A stretch of 64,000 bases of DNA from an uncultured Nitrospiraceae bacterium (GCA_963727775.1 CAVSHB010000003.1:448001-512000), one strand, 5' to 3'. Positions 19,182-28,572 are shown, counted from the stretch's first letter. Made by a program: numbers and translations. Notes: generated by a model from the letters alone, not told the origin.

Positions 19182-20057
19182 TCATCTTTCCCTCGTCAAT
19201 TGTTCTACAAACTCTCTCAATTGTTTACGAGGAATCCTCTCTTTCCAATCCTGTATGCTTTTCTTGCGACGGAATGCAGCCTTCATCAATATGGCCTTTT
19301 CTTCCTGAGCTTTTTCCTCAGGAGACTTATATCCAAGAGGTCTATTCATGCCTCGGAGAGTGAGGTTTATAAAATGCCCAGTGGGATTTTTCGGAGGTTC
19401 AGACTTATGTTCAAGCTGGTGAGCTGTCTGACGGGCGGTTGAAAGGACGTGTTCTATGCCTTTCTTCTCGATAAGATCTGCGATAACAGTGTCCGGGATT
19501 TCCAGATAGATGGGCGCTAGCGCCTCTTTTATTCTTGTGATTTGTCCTTCATCTACAACAACACCTCTTGTTGTTGTCTTAAATGAATCTCTTATCTGAT
19601 TCTCTTTGGCGGACGCGGGTGACCGCTCTTGATGGGACGGCTCTGTCCGCTCCGGAACGGACGTATGTGTCCGGTCCGGCTGATCTTTTCTTTTTTCACT
19701 TTTTCCAGACGGTTCTTTCTTTACTTCTTTTTCATCTTTCATTTCCATCCACAAGTGCCAGAGAAAACGATACCGATTTGGCTTGTTCAATCCAGCATGG
19801 ATAGTCTCAATCAATCCTTGTTCCTCAAGCTCGCTTATATATCTCCTGACTTGGCGCTCACCGGCTCCGATCTCTGCGGCGAGAGTAGGCTGGGAGGGAA
19901 AACACTCGCCGTCCTGGCCTGCATATTGCGCGAGACGTGCGTAGCAGAGTTTCGCACCCTGTGAGACCTCGCTTCGTTTTAACAGCCAGTTCGGAATGAA
20001 ACTTCCGACGAACAGTTTGTAGGGATTTATGTATTTCCTTATGCTATTAGCACTCAT
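19182..20057 (-). CDS. HTH (HTH_36-type) replication initiator
   Basis: VSQGAKLCYARL..CFPSQPTLAAEIG..RQVRRYISELEEQGLI..NRY, and a C-terminal KNPTGHF motif. Confidence 0.75.
   Translation of the reverse strand: MSANSIRKYINPYKLFVGSFIPNWLLKRSEVSQGAKLCYARLAQYAGQDGECFPSQPTLAAEIGAGERQVRRYISELEEQGLIETIHAGLNKPNRYRFLWHLWMEMKDEKEVKKEPSGKSEKRKDQPDRTHTSVPERTEPSHQERSPASAKENQIRDSFKTTTRGVVVDEGQITRIKEALAPIYLEIPDTVIADLIEKKGIEHVLSTARQTAHQLEHKSEPPKNPTGHFINLTLRGMNRPLGYKSPEEKAQEEKAILMKAAFRRKKSIQDWKERIPRKQLREFVEQLTRER
19602..19673. repeat. Three tandem 24-bp iteron-like repeats inside the rep gene
   Basis: ctctttggcggacgcgggtgaccg / ctcttgatgggacggctctgtccg / ctccggaacggacgtatgtgtccg; each contains GGAC-N6-G(T/A)CC. 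Confidence 0.65.
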
Positions 20058-20228
20058 AACTTATCTAACTCCAGGAATAATCCCATCTGTCATTCTGTCT
20101 GCGATTTCTTCCCGAATTTACAGGAATGTAAATCAACATAGACAAATGTTATGGAATAATTTGTTAATTAAATCGAGGGGTTGTTAACTGCGGGAAAAAT
20201 ATGAGGAATCCGAATAAGTGCAAATTCG

Positions 20229-20275
20229 GACTCTTAATCAGCGGGTCGCAGGTTCGAATCCTGCACGGCTCACCA
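20229..20275 (+). other. 3' half of tRNA-Lys(CTT); attachment-site (attR-like) core
   Basis: gactCTTaatcagc, GCAGGTTCGAATCCTGC T-arm and a CCA end; the D-arm and 5' acceptor strand are absent. Confidence 0.85.
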
Positions 20276-20398
20276 TTATTATCAAGGGGTTGTAAGCCAT
20301 TCCCATTAAGAATTGAATCACCAGTTGCCCGATAGTTGCCACCTAACCTCTTAATTGCCTCTATGACCTCGGATGTCAATAGTGGACACCAAACCCTT

Positions 20399-21259
20399 TC
20401 ATGCTGCCAGCTCTCGTGCATAGAATTGATACTCATAAGCAACTGGGGATAGATATCCAAGTCTTGCCTGTCGGCGCTGCCTGTTGTAGAAGATCTCGAT
20501 ATATTCCGTGATATCCTGCACTGCCTCTTGTCTGTTCCTGTAGCGTCTGTGATGGACAAGCTCCTGCTTCAGCGTGCCCCAGAAACTCTCCATCGGGGCA
20601 TTGTCGTAGCAATTCCCTTTTCTACTCATTGATGCCGTCATGCCGAACTGATTAAGAAGCTTCCGATAATCATGAGCACAATATTGGCTCCCGCGATCCG
20701 AGTGATGAATCAGCCCCTTCCCTGGACGCTTCGCTGCAACGGCACGGAATAAAGACTGACTTACAAGGCTCTTCGTTATCCGTTCTCCCATTGCGTATCC
20801 GACTATCTCACCGTTAAAAAGATCCTTGTGCGCGGCAAGGTACAGCCATCCTTCATCGGTCCAAACATATGTTATATCGCTCAACCATGCCATGTTCGGC
20901 CTGGATACTTCAAACTGCTGGTCCAGTAGGTTCTCAGCCACCGGAAGCGTATGTTTTGAGTCAGTTGTAGTTTTGAATTTCTTCGTCTGCTTACAGCGTA
21001 TACCGAGCTTCTTCCTGAGTCGCTTGATCCGGCAAACACCCACTGCAATACCGTTGTCTGCCAAATCCTTCTGTAATCTCTCAGCGCCGCATACCCGCCG
21101 TGTCCTCTTATGTGCAGCCTTAATCTCAACCTCCAAGCGGGCGTCTTCCTGCCCCCGCTTAGAAAGCGGCCTTGTCACGTGTGCATAGTATCCGCTTGCC
21201 GATACGTTATATATCCGGCACATCAGCGGCACTGAATATTGAAGTCGCATTTCTTTCAT
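20399..21259 (-). CDS. IS3 transposase OrfB (DDE)
   Basis: WLSDITY, HHSDRGSQY and CYDNAPMESFW. Confidence 0.93.
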   Translation of the reverse strand: MKEMRLQYSVPLMCRIYNVSASGYYAHVTRPLSKRGQEDARLEVEIKAAHKRTRRVCGAERLQKDLADNGIAVGVCRIKRLRKKLGIRCKQTKKFKTTTDSKHTLPVAENLLDQQFEVSRPNMAWLSDITYVWTDEGWLYLAAHKDLFNGEIVGYAMGERITKSLVSQSLFRAVAAKRPGKGLIHHSDRGSQYCAHDYRKLLNQFGMTASMSRKGNCYDNAPMESFWGTLKQELVHHRRYRNRQEAVQDITEYIEIFYNRQRRQARLGYLSPVAYEYQFYARELAA

Positions 21260-21573
21260 TAGCGCGTACCGGGCAGCGACTCCTTCGCAAAGTACGCGGC
21301 AGCTTTTTTTAGCAGATCACGCTCCATTCTCGTCTCTACCAGCTCTTTCTTTACCCTTGCCAGTTCCATCTCTAGCTCCGTCAGTGGCTTCTGTGTCTTG
21401 CCTATATCTTCCAGCTTGCCAGCTTTATGCGCCTTGACCCAGTTCCCTAACGTCGAGGGCGGCAATGACAGCCGGTGAGCTGCCTCCAGCAACGATATAC
21501 CCCCGGCTAACACCATCTTCACTGCCTCCCCACGAAACTCCTTCGTGTAACGTCCCTGCGGAATCCCTTTCAT
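21259..21573 (-). CDS. IS3 transposase OrfA
   Basis: YTKEFRGEAV HTH and LLKKAAAYFAKE; A7G slippery site at 21304-21310 for a -1 frameshift. Confidence 0.9.
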   Translation of the reverse strand: MKGIPQGRYTKEFRGEAVKMVLAGGISLLEAAHRLSLPPSTLGNWVKAHKAGKLEDIGKTQKPLTELEMELARVKKELVETRMERDLLKKAAAYFAKESLPGTR

Positions 21574-21638
21574 TCTGACACCTCCGTCTTTCATTTATTT
21601 TATCTGACTTTGGTGTCCACTTTTTCCATCCTACATCA

Positions 21639-22082
21639 GTTTATCTTCAGACGCAATTTAGGTGCACTTATCTTTACGAATCCCAGCCTCCACGAATGAG
21701 CTATATCCTCCGCGCTTGGAAATACGTAAGGTTTAGAATAAATACAGAGTATGTGATAATGGATTGCTCCCCTCTCCTGCAATTCCTTAACAGCCACGTA
21801 TTTAAAATCAGAATCTTCACGCGTCAACCGCTTATGAATCATCTGTAAAACTCGATGGAGGTGCTTAAAATCAACCTCAGCAACGTTTTCGGCCACAGTT
21901 AACGTAACATGCGCGACATAAAATTTCCTAAAATTGTAGTAGATATAATTAACCAACTTCTTAAGAGTATTTTTGAAATTTCCATACCTACCCGCCTCCA
22001 AATAACAGACCTGGCCTGTTTCTTTGTGCCTGAACTTTCTAAATCCGATCCATGGAAAGATCGTAAATGAAGCAAAAAGTGC
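21639..22082 (-). pseudogene. Truncated rolling-circle HUH replication protein
   Basis: HVTLT (motif I), KYVAVKELQERGAIHYHIL (HUH) and WRLGFV; cut by IS3, whose IR supplies the stop; the 5' end is broken near a MITE. Confidence 0.75.
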
Positions 22083-22248
22083 TTAGCCCACATTATTCAT
22101 AAGATTGCCGACAGATACAGTATTTAAGCGGCTTTAAATTCTTTCGAAGAAAGAATTTACCTCGGAGGCCCGATTTGCACCGGGACGAGAATGAGCGCAA
22201 ATACTGTATCTGTCGGCATACGCAAATTTTATGAATAAAGTGGGTTAG
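22083..22248 (+). repeat. MITE-like element, copy 1
   Basis: TTAG-CCCACATTATTCATAA...TTATGAATAAAGTGGG-TTAG with a long internal stem. Confidence 0.85.
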
Positions 22249-22304
22249 ATCAAGATAAAATGCTTATTTTGTTGTCTTCATCCTTGAATGTCTGAACGTT
22301 ATTC

Positions 22305-22727
22305 CTATAACTCGGCAATTCCGCAAAACTCTTTCGGCGTTAAAATTCTTATCCCCTTATAACTCACCAAATTCAAAAGATGTGAGTCCCCCGAAATAAT
22401 ATAATCTGCCTTGCCCTCTATCGCAGCAGCCAGGATATTGTTATCTGCAGGGTCCTCTTTTATAACATTTAATTTGGGGGGATCATTGATAAAGATGGAA
22501 TATCGCATAAGGTTTAGAAGAACTTGTTTTATCTCTTCATCTTTTAAGGAATATCTAACCCGGATTTTCTCATGGTGTAAAACTTTACCCACCTCATTAA
22601 TTAAAAACTCAGAAGCTATAAGAATCAAATCGTCATCTTCCCAGGCTTTGACAACTTTATAAGGGAATCCCTTTTTCTGAATGATACCACTTACCAAAAC
22701 ATTGGTATCAATTACAACCCTATGCAT
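22305..22727 (-). CDS. PIN-family toxin
   Basis: VVIDTNVLVS and DPADNNILAAA..ADYIISGDSHLL. Confidence 0.9.
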   Translation of the reverse strand: MHRVVIDTNVLVSGIIQKKGFPYKVVKAWEDDDLILIASEFLINEVGKVLHHEKIRVRYSLKDEEIKQVLLNLMRYSIFINDPPKLNVIKEDPADNNILAAAIEGKADYIISGDSHLLNLVSYKGIRILTPKEFCGIAEL

Positions 22728-22992
22728 GTTTCCGGGCCGCCCTTACTGCCTCCTGCACATCTGCCTCGATTTCCTTTGACGGAATTCCTTTTGCTCTTTC
22801 CCTGATCTTGTCGAAAACCTGCATATCTTTCAGTCTTTGTTTTTTGAAGTTGTCAAACTCAATAACTGGTATCAAAACAGCCATAGGTTTATTACCTCTT
22901 TTGATGATATACTCTTCACCCCGGTAATAAACCTCTTCAAGGATCTCCCCAAGACTCTTTCTTACTTTTAAAGCAGTTAACTCTTTTGCCAT
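22720..22992 (-). CDS. Phd/YefM antitoxin
   Basis: ALKVRKSLGEILEEV..YIIKRGNKPMAVLIP; overlaps the toxin start. Confidence 0.88.
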   Translation of the reverse strand: MAKELTALKVRKSLGEILEEVYYRGEEYIIKRGNKPMAVLIPVIEFDNFKKQRLKDMQVFDKIRERAKGIPSKEIEADVQEAVRAARKHA

Positions 22993-23019
22993 AAAATACC
23001 TCCTTGTTGTTAATGTAAG

Positions 23020-23062
23020 AATATAACAACTATGATAGTTATGTCAATTATGATAGTTATGT
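23020..23062 (-). promoter_or_regulatory. TA promoter with tandem operator repeats
   Basis: Minus-strand TTGACA-17-TATATT; direct repeat tatgatagttatgt at 23031 and 23049 flanks the -35 box. Confidence 0.6.
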
Positions 23063-23201
23063 AGATTTTTAAGAAAAGGACGATTTTTTTCAAGGGGTTG
23101 TGTACATTTCCCTTGTCTTGCCAATTAATCTTGCATTAAATTTATGGCGTGCTATACTTTTTATCAATCTATCAGTCTCATAAAATTCAGGGAGGTAATT
23201 T

Positions 23202-23732
23202 ATGGCAAAGTGGGTTATCGATCCCGATCATTCTGTTGCGGCATTTTCCATAAAGCATATGATGGTCGCAAATGTTCGCGGCCAATTCAATAAGCTTAAT
23301 GGTACAATTGAGTTTGATCCAGCAGACATAATTAAGTCATCTGTGGAAGCGTCTATAGATGTTTCCGGGATTTATACAGGCATCAAAAAGCGTGACGACC
23401 ATCTCCGTAGTCCTGATTTTTTTGATATTGAAAAATACCCAATGATAACCTTTAAGAGCACTAATATAGAAAATATCATAAAAAACCGGTTCAATGTCAC
23501 TGGAAATCTGACTATTCGTGGAATCTCAAAACAGGTTATTCTTAATGTGGAATATTCAGGTCCTGAAAAAAGTCCTTTTGGGGAAACAAGCCTGGGGTTT
23601 TTTGCGACCGCACATATCAATTGTGAGGATTATGGATTACTGTGGAATATGCCACTGGAGAGTGGTGGATTTATGATTGGAAAAGACACCCAAATTACTC
23701 TGGATATAGAGGCTGATCTCACCACTGAATGA
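23202..23732 (+). CDS. yceI: YceI family polyisoprenoid-binding protein
   Basis: WVIDPDHS..F..KHMM..VRGQF and RDDHLRSPDFFD. Confidence 0.92.
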   Translation: MAKWVIDPDHSVAAFSIKHMMVANVRGQFNKLNGTIEFDPADIIKSSVEASIDVSGIYTGIKKRDDHLRSPDFFDIEKYPMITFKSTNIENIIKNRFNVTGNLTIRGISKQVILNVEYSGPEKSPFGETSLGFFATAHINCEDYGLLWNMPLESGGFMIGKDTQITLDIEADLTTE

Positions 23733-23778
23733 TCTTGAGTTGTAATGTGTTGATAAATAAGGATAATATTACGCACAA

Positions 23779-23973
23779 CTAACCCACATTATTCACAAAA
23801 GATCTTGATCAGTACACCGGATACAGAGTATTGGAGCTCATTCTCGGTCGTTCCGACCTGCGAGGTATTTGCCTCTTCACCTTACAGACCGTTTTTTGAC
23901 TATCGGTAAATAAATCCGCTCCAATACTCTGCCTCCGGTTGCTTTTTCCTGATTTATGAATAATATGTACTAA
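23779..23973 (-). repeat. MITE-like element, copy 2 (diverged)
   Basis: CTAA at both ends, CCCACATTATTCA terminus, and the conserved core GCTCATTCTCG. Confidence 0.75.
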
Positions 23974-23976
23974 TCT

Positions 23977-24139
23977 TTAGCCCACATTATTCATAAGATT
24001 GCCGACAGAGGCAGTATTTAAGCGGTTTTTTTCGCTGATAAGCGAAACCCTCGGAGATCCCGAAAGCTTTCGGGACCGAGAATGAGCGTAAATACTGTAT
24101 TTGTCGGCACCCGAATATTTTATGAATTCGGGGGGTTAG
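23977..24139 (+). repeat. MITE-like element, copy 3
   Basis: TTAG flanks; same termini and core as copy 1. Confidence 0.85.
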
Positions 24140-24659
24140 TGGTCGGACATTTTATGCCTTCAAAGGCATAAATTATTCTTTTTTCTTTTTCAAGCCTGTT
24201 AATTGGACAAGGTATTTTCTTGAATTTTTTCATTACATTTAGCGCTTCCTCCAAGGTGAAAAATTCCTGCATAGAGTCCCCTATTTTAGACCCGGCAATA
24301 ATGTTGATTATCCGAGCTTCATCGCCGTTTGTTACCATCGCATAGGGTATCTGATAGTCTTTTGCAGCCCTTGCAAAGGCAGTAAGATATCTTTCCCATG
24401 ATTCTAATCCAGAATTTGTGCATTTAATAACTGCAAAATTCGTTGATGATAAATTAATAATAAAATCTATGCTGACCGTAACTTTGCAATCACTTAATGT
24501 TAGCTCGATCTGTGGATCATTTTCTATTTCTTTCGGATTGAATCCCTTTTCCTTTGTGAGTTTTTCCCAGACTACCAATTTCACTCCTCTGAGTTGCATC
24601 ATATCGAAAAAATCCTCCTCTTTAATTTTTTCCTCTATCATTTTTTCTCTATCTTCCAT
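24120..24659 (-). CDS. HsdR N-terminal-like (type I restriction) domain protein
   Basis: LTKEKGF, IDFII..VIKC and PYAMVTNG. Confidence 0.65.
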   Translation of the reverse strand: MEDREKMIEEKIKEEDFFDMMQLRGVKLVVWEKLTKEKGFNPKEIENDPQIELTLSDCKVTVSIDFIINLSSTNFAVIKCTNSGLESWERYLTAFARAAKDYQIPYAMVTNGDEARIINIIAGSKIGDSMQEFFTLEEALNVMKKFKKIPCPINRLEKEKRIIYAFEGIKCPTTNPPNS

Positions 24660-24895
24660 GAAAATATCCCCTTTTATTTATTATCCGAAAAATGCATTTA
24701 TTGAATAAACAGAAGACATATGGGCAGCAAAAGCTTGATGGCAGCACCTTTGTGGGTGATAAGATATCGGCATGGGCCTGCATGTTTTATTCTCTACGCT
24801 GCAACACCTCAAAAACTCAAGTCCTGCATTATCAAGGTTTTAATGTCCATATGTCTGACGATCATCCCATCCTTCAAGTGTATTTTGCGGGTTAA

Positions 24896-24911
24896 TGTTC
24901 CACGTGGAACA
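24896..24911. promoter_or_regulatory. parS site
   Basis: Perfect palindrome TGTTCCACGTGGAACA. Confidence 0.9.
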
Positions 24912-24958
24912 TTTCATGATACATTATATATAAGCCGGTATGTGAATAGTCAACGTAT

Positions 24959-24974
24959 TGTTCCACGTGGAACA
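24959..24974. promoter_or_regulatory. parS site
   Basis: Perfect palindrome TGTTCCACGTGGAACA. Confidence 0.9.
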
Positions 24975-25053
24975 ATCGTATCGGTTGTTCTATAGACATT
25001 AGTAACAAATATCTCTTGTCAGCATCATTAGTATAAGGTATATTATTTAATCT

Positions 25054-28000
25054 ATGCGTATTGATAAGATCGAACTGATAGGATTTAAATCCTTCGGAGA
25101 AAAGACCACTTTTAGCTTGCACCCCGGCATTACCTGTGTTGTAGGTCCAAATGGTTGCGGCAAAAGCAATATCGTTGATGCGTTCCGGTGGGTTTTAGGA
25201 GAACAAAGTGCCAAAAGCCTTAGAGGCGAAAAAATGGAGGAAGTTATTTTTAACGGATCTACATCCAAAAAACCCAGGGGGATGGCTGAAGTAACAATAG
25301 TTATTTCAGGAGTGAACAGTTTACAACAATCTGATCAAGAAGCTGACAATGGCGAAAGCTCGGCAGATTTTATTTCTGTTACGAGAAGGCTTTATAGATC
25401 CGGTGACAGTGAATATATGATGAATAAAAGTCAGTGCAGGTTAAAAGATATAAGGGACCTATTTCTTGATACAGGTCTTGAAGTGAAAAGTTTTTCGATA
25501 CTCGAACAGGATAGAATAGCTCAAATACTTAATGCAAAACCTTTGGAGAGAAGGATTTTAATAGAAGAAGTTGCAGGCATAATGAAATATAATGTCAGGA
25601 AAAAGGAAGCCCTATCCAAGCTCGAATCATCAAGGACGAATCTCCAAAGAATAAATGACATTATCATTGAGGTAAAGAAACAGATCAATTTTCTGGACAG
25701 GCTGGCAAAAAAGGCTGAAAAATATAAAAAACTTACTTCCGAACTGCATGCAATAGAACTGAAGATAGCAAAACGTGATTATAAGTTACTCAAGGAATCA
25801 TATGAGAAAATAATTTCAGAATATGACACGTTAAAAGAAGATGAGTCATTGAAGAAGGCAGACCTCTCAACAATAGAGAATGAGACTGAAACAAAAAGGA
25901 TTAGACTTCTTGAAAAAGAAAAAATGCTGGAACAAGTCCAGGACAAGTTTCAGAGCTTAGAGAAGGAGATTGCAGAGTTCGAAAAGAGTATCGCAGTGGC
26001 AAGGACTGAGAGGGACAACCATAAAGAATATCTCGAAAAGCTTTATCAGCAAGATAATGAATTCAATAATAAGAAAGCAGACGTATTAAATAGGCAAAAA
26101 GAATTAGATCAAACTGAAGCAGATCTGATGTCCGAAATAGAAATACAGAAAGAATTTCTCAGGGAAAAGGCCGATATTTTAAGGAATATGGAAGAGGAGC
26201 TGACTGAAAGTGAAGATATGCTCGAAACACAAAGGAGAGATATCTTTAAGGTCTCTGAGGAACTCAGCAATTCTAAAAATTCATTGGGCAGGCTTCAGTC
26301 TTCCCTTGATGGTCTGACACAAAGAGAAGCCGCATCCATAAAAGATTCTGAAACTTTGAACAGGGTATTATCGGAGATTGATGATTCGTTAAAGGATTTA
26401 GAATCAAATCTTCTGGGTAAAAATAATGATATTTTGCTTCTTAATGAGAAGAAAGGAATAATAGTAAGCGAACTGTCGATAAGTAAAAAGAAAATCGACA
26501 ATCTTAGAGAGACCCTCTCAAGGCTTAAAGAGGAGCTTGCATCAAATATATCCCGGACGGATTCTTTGAAAGAAATATTGTTTGACGAATCAACAAAAGA
26601 GCTTTTATCAGGAGACCTTAACTTTAATCTTATTGCATCAATCTCTGATGCCGTCGAAATCGACGATGAATACGAAAAGGCCATAGAGAGCGCATTGTCG
26701 GAGAAGGTTAACTCATTCATTCTCCCGTCATTCGATGATATCGAGATTGCCATCGCGTCATTAAAAGAAAAGGGGCTCGGCAGGACTGCCTTTGTCCCTC
26801 TGAATCCGCCTTCTGATGGGGAACAGATAGAGGTGCCCGAAGGCGCCATAGGAAGGGCATTGAATTTTATTAAGACTAAAGATGAATTTACAGGGATCGC
26901 GAAGAATCTTTTCGAAAATATATTTATAGTTAAGGATCTGAAGACAGCTCTCAATCTTATCGCTACCGGCAAAAACTTATTTTTTGTAACACTTGATGGT
27001 GAGGTCATTGAGCCTTCGGGTACGATTATCGCCGGAGAAGTAAAGGGTGTATTCAGGAGGAAGAGAGAGATTAGAGAACTCGAAGCTTCTATCGAGAATA
27101 ACAAGGGAGCAATAAACCGCGTTCAGTCTGAATTGAGCGCAATCCAGCAGATGATCGAAGCAAAAGAAACTGATCTGAAAAATATCGAAGCCGGGATTGT
27201 AGAAAAGGAGAAGGAAGTTTCATTGCTGAAACTGACATCTGAAAACTATGGGGACGAAAAAGACCGAAGGAACAAAAAACTGGCTTATCTTGCTTTAGAA
27301 ATAGAGCAGATAATAATGGAAAAGGCATCAAATGAAAGGCAGATAAGCGAGAAGGAAGCAGAAATCCGGTTAATTGACGTAAAAAAGTTGGAACTGGAGC
27401 AATATGGCACATCTCTGCAGGAAACAATATCGCAGCAAAAGTCACGGTTAGAAGAATATCGGACGGAAGTGACGGATATCAGACTTACCATAACCTCTCT
27501 TAAAGAGAGACTTGAATCAGTGAATAAGGAAAAAGAAAACATTGTTAGAGAGATAACGGAAAATACCCGGAAAAAAGAATTCTTATCCGAAGAAATATCG
27601 TCGATAACGGCACGAATTTTCCAGCGCGAGAAAGAAATGGAAGAAAACGAGGAGAAAGTTAAGTCACTCGTATCCGTGGCAGATGATTTCAGAACAGAAA
27701 TAGCTGAGAAGAAGGAAGTGATAGACTCTGAAAATCAGGAACTTATCACAACAGAACAAGGGCTTAAGCTGCTCAGAAATCAAATAGACACTGTCTCTCA
27801 AAGGCTGTCCGAACTCGATATTCAAAGGGCGGAACATAAGTTAAGAATGGAAAGCCTGTCCGATAATATAAGCCAAAATTACGGATTGGCGCTCGATGTA
27901 GTTGAAGTAGAACAATTAACAGAAGAAGACGAGAACCGACTGATCGAACTCAAAGAAAAGATGCAGGAACTTGGACCGGTAAATCTTGGGACATTGGAAG

Positions 28001-28572
28001 AATATGAAGAACTGCGGTCCCGCTATGAGTTTCTCAAGAACCAGCAGGAAGACCTGAATAAATCTATTGCGGAATTGGAAGAGGCGATAACAAAAATCAA
28101 TGTTACCACAAGGAAAAAACTCAGGGAAGCGTTTGAGGCCCTGAAGACAAAATTCTCGGAGGTATTTATAACGTTATTCGGCGGAGGAAAGGCTGAACTG
28201 ATCATGACTGATGAGAACAATATCCTCGAGACAGGTATTGATATAATAGCTCAGCCTCCCGGGAAAAAATTTCAAAATATAAACCTTCTTTCAGGAGGAG
28301 AAAAAGCTCTTACCGCATTATCATTGCTTTTTGCAAGCTTTTTAATTAAACCGACCCCACTATGTATTTTGGACGAAGCGGATTCGGCCTTGGATGATAT
28401 GAATACCGACAGGTTTGCCAAAACAGTGCAGGAACTTTCAAAAGGCACCCAGTTTATCGTTGTAACCCACAACAAAAGCACAATGAGTGTTGCCGATTAC
28501 ATATATGGAATAACAATGGAAGAGGCGGGTGTATCCAAGGTTATTTCCATGCAGCTTGTCGAGGCAGCTTAA
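25054..28572 (+). CDS. smc: Chromosome segregation protein SMC
   Basis: GPNGCGKSN, coiled coils, hinge, LLSGGEK and ILDEAD. Confidence 0.97.
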   Translation: MRIDKIELIGFKSFGEKTTFSLHPGITCVVGPNGCGKSNIVDAFRWVLGEQSAKSLRGEKMEEVIFNGSTSKKPRGMAEVTIVISGVNSLQQSDQEADNGESSADFISVTRRLYRSGDSEYMMNKSQCRLKDIRDLFLDTGLEVKSFSILEQDRIAQILNAKPLERRILIEEVAGIMKYNVRKKEALSKLESSRTNLQRINDIIIEVKKQINFLDRLAKKAEKYKKLTSELHAIELKIAKRDYKLLKESYEKIISEYDTLKEDESLKKADLSTIENETETKRIRLLEKEKMLEQVQDKFQSLEKEIAEFEKSIAVARTERDNHKEYLEKLYQQDNEFNNKKADVLNRQKELDQTEADLMSEIEIQKEFLREKADILRNMEEELTESEDMLETQRRDIFKVSEELSNSKNSLGRLQSSLDGLTQREAASIKDSETLNRVLSEIDDSLKDLESNLLGKNNDILLLNEKKGIIVSELSISKKKIDNLRETLSRLKEELASNISRTDSLKEILFDESTKELLSGDLNFNLIASISDAVEIDDEYEKAIESALSEKVNSFILPSFDDIEIAIASLKEKGLGRTAFVPLNPPSDGEQIEVPEGAIGRALNFIKTKDEFTGIAKNLFENIFIVKDLKTALNLIATGKNLFFVTLDGEVIEPSGTIIAGEVKGVFRRKREIRELEASIENNKGAINRVQSELSAIQQMIEAKETDLKNIEAGIVEKEKEVSLLKLTSENYGDEKDRRNKKLAYLALEIEQIIMEKASNERQISEKEAEIRLIDVKKLELEQYGTSLQETISQQKSRLEEYRTEVTDIRLTITSLKERLESVNKEKENIVREITENTRKKEFLSEEISSITARIFQREKEMEENEEKVKSLVSVADDFRTEIAEKKEVIDSENQELITTEQGLKLLRNQIDTVSQRLSELDIQRAEHKLRMESLSDNISQNYGLALDVVEVEQLTEEDENRLIELKEKMQELGPVNLGTLEEYEELRSRYEFLKNQQEDLNKSIAELEEAITKINVTTRKKLREAFEALKTKFSEVFITLFGGGKAELIMTDENNILETGIDIIAQPPGKKFQNINLLSGGEKALTALSLLFASFLIKPTPLCILDEADSALDDMNTDRFAKTVQELSKGTQFIVVTHNKSTMSVADYIYGITMEEAGVSKVISMQLVEAA

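Larger units (their letters stand above)
1..20275. mobile_element. Integrative element / genomic island, right part, bounded by a tRNA-Lys 3' fragment (attR-like)
   Basis: Replication initiator, relaxase-like gene, resolvase, R-M, TA and defence-like cargo, ending at a tRNA 3' half. The left end and the integrase are not in the window. Confidence 0.7.
20364..21638 (-). mobile_element. IS3-family insertion sequence
   Basis: Imperfect IRs tgacctcggatgtcaatagtggacacc / tgatgtaggatggaaaaagtggacacc enclose orfA and orfB; no target duplication seen. Confidence 0.9.

Noticed and set aside
20180..20275. Intact tRNA-Lys gene
   Set aside because: Only the anticodon loop to CCA is present; no D-arm or matching 5' acceptor strand.
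20164..20559. 131-aa ORF spanning the att site
   Set aside because: It is a composite of IS3, att and tRNA-antisense sequence.
22083..24139. CRISPR array
   Set aside because: The repeats are long, dispersed and in both orientations, with no regular spacers and no cas genes.
26295..27104. 269-aa antisense ORF in smc and many similar shadow ORFs
   Set aside because: They are fully antisense to well-supported genes and are Ser/Phe-rich mirror translations without motifs.
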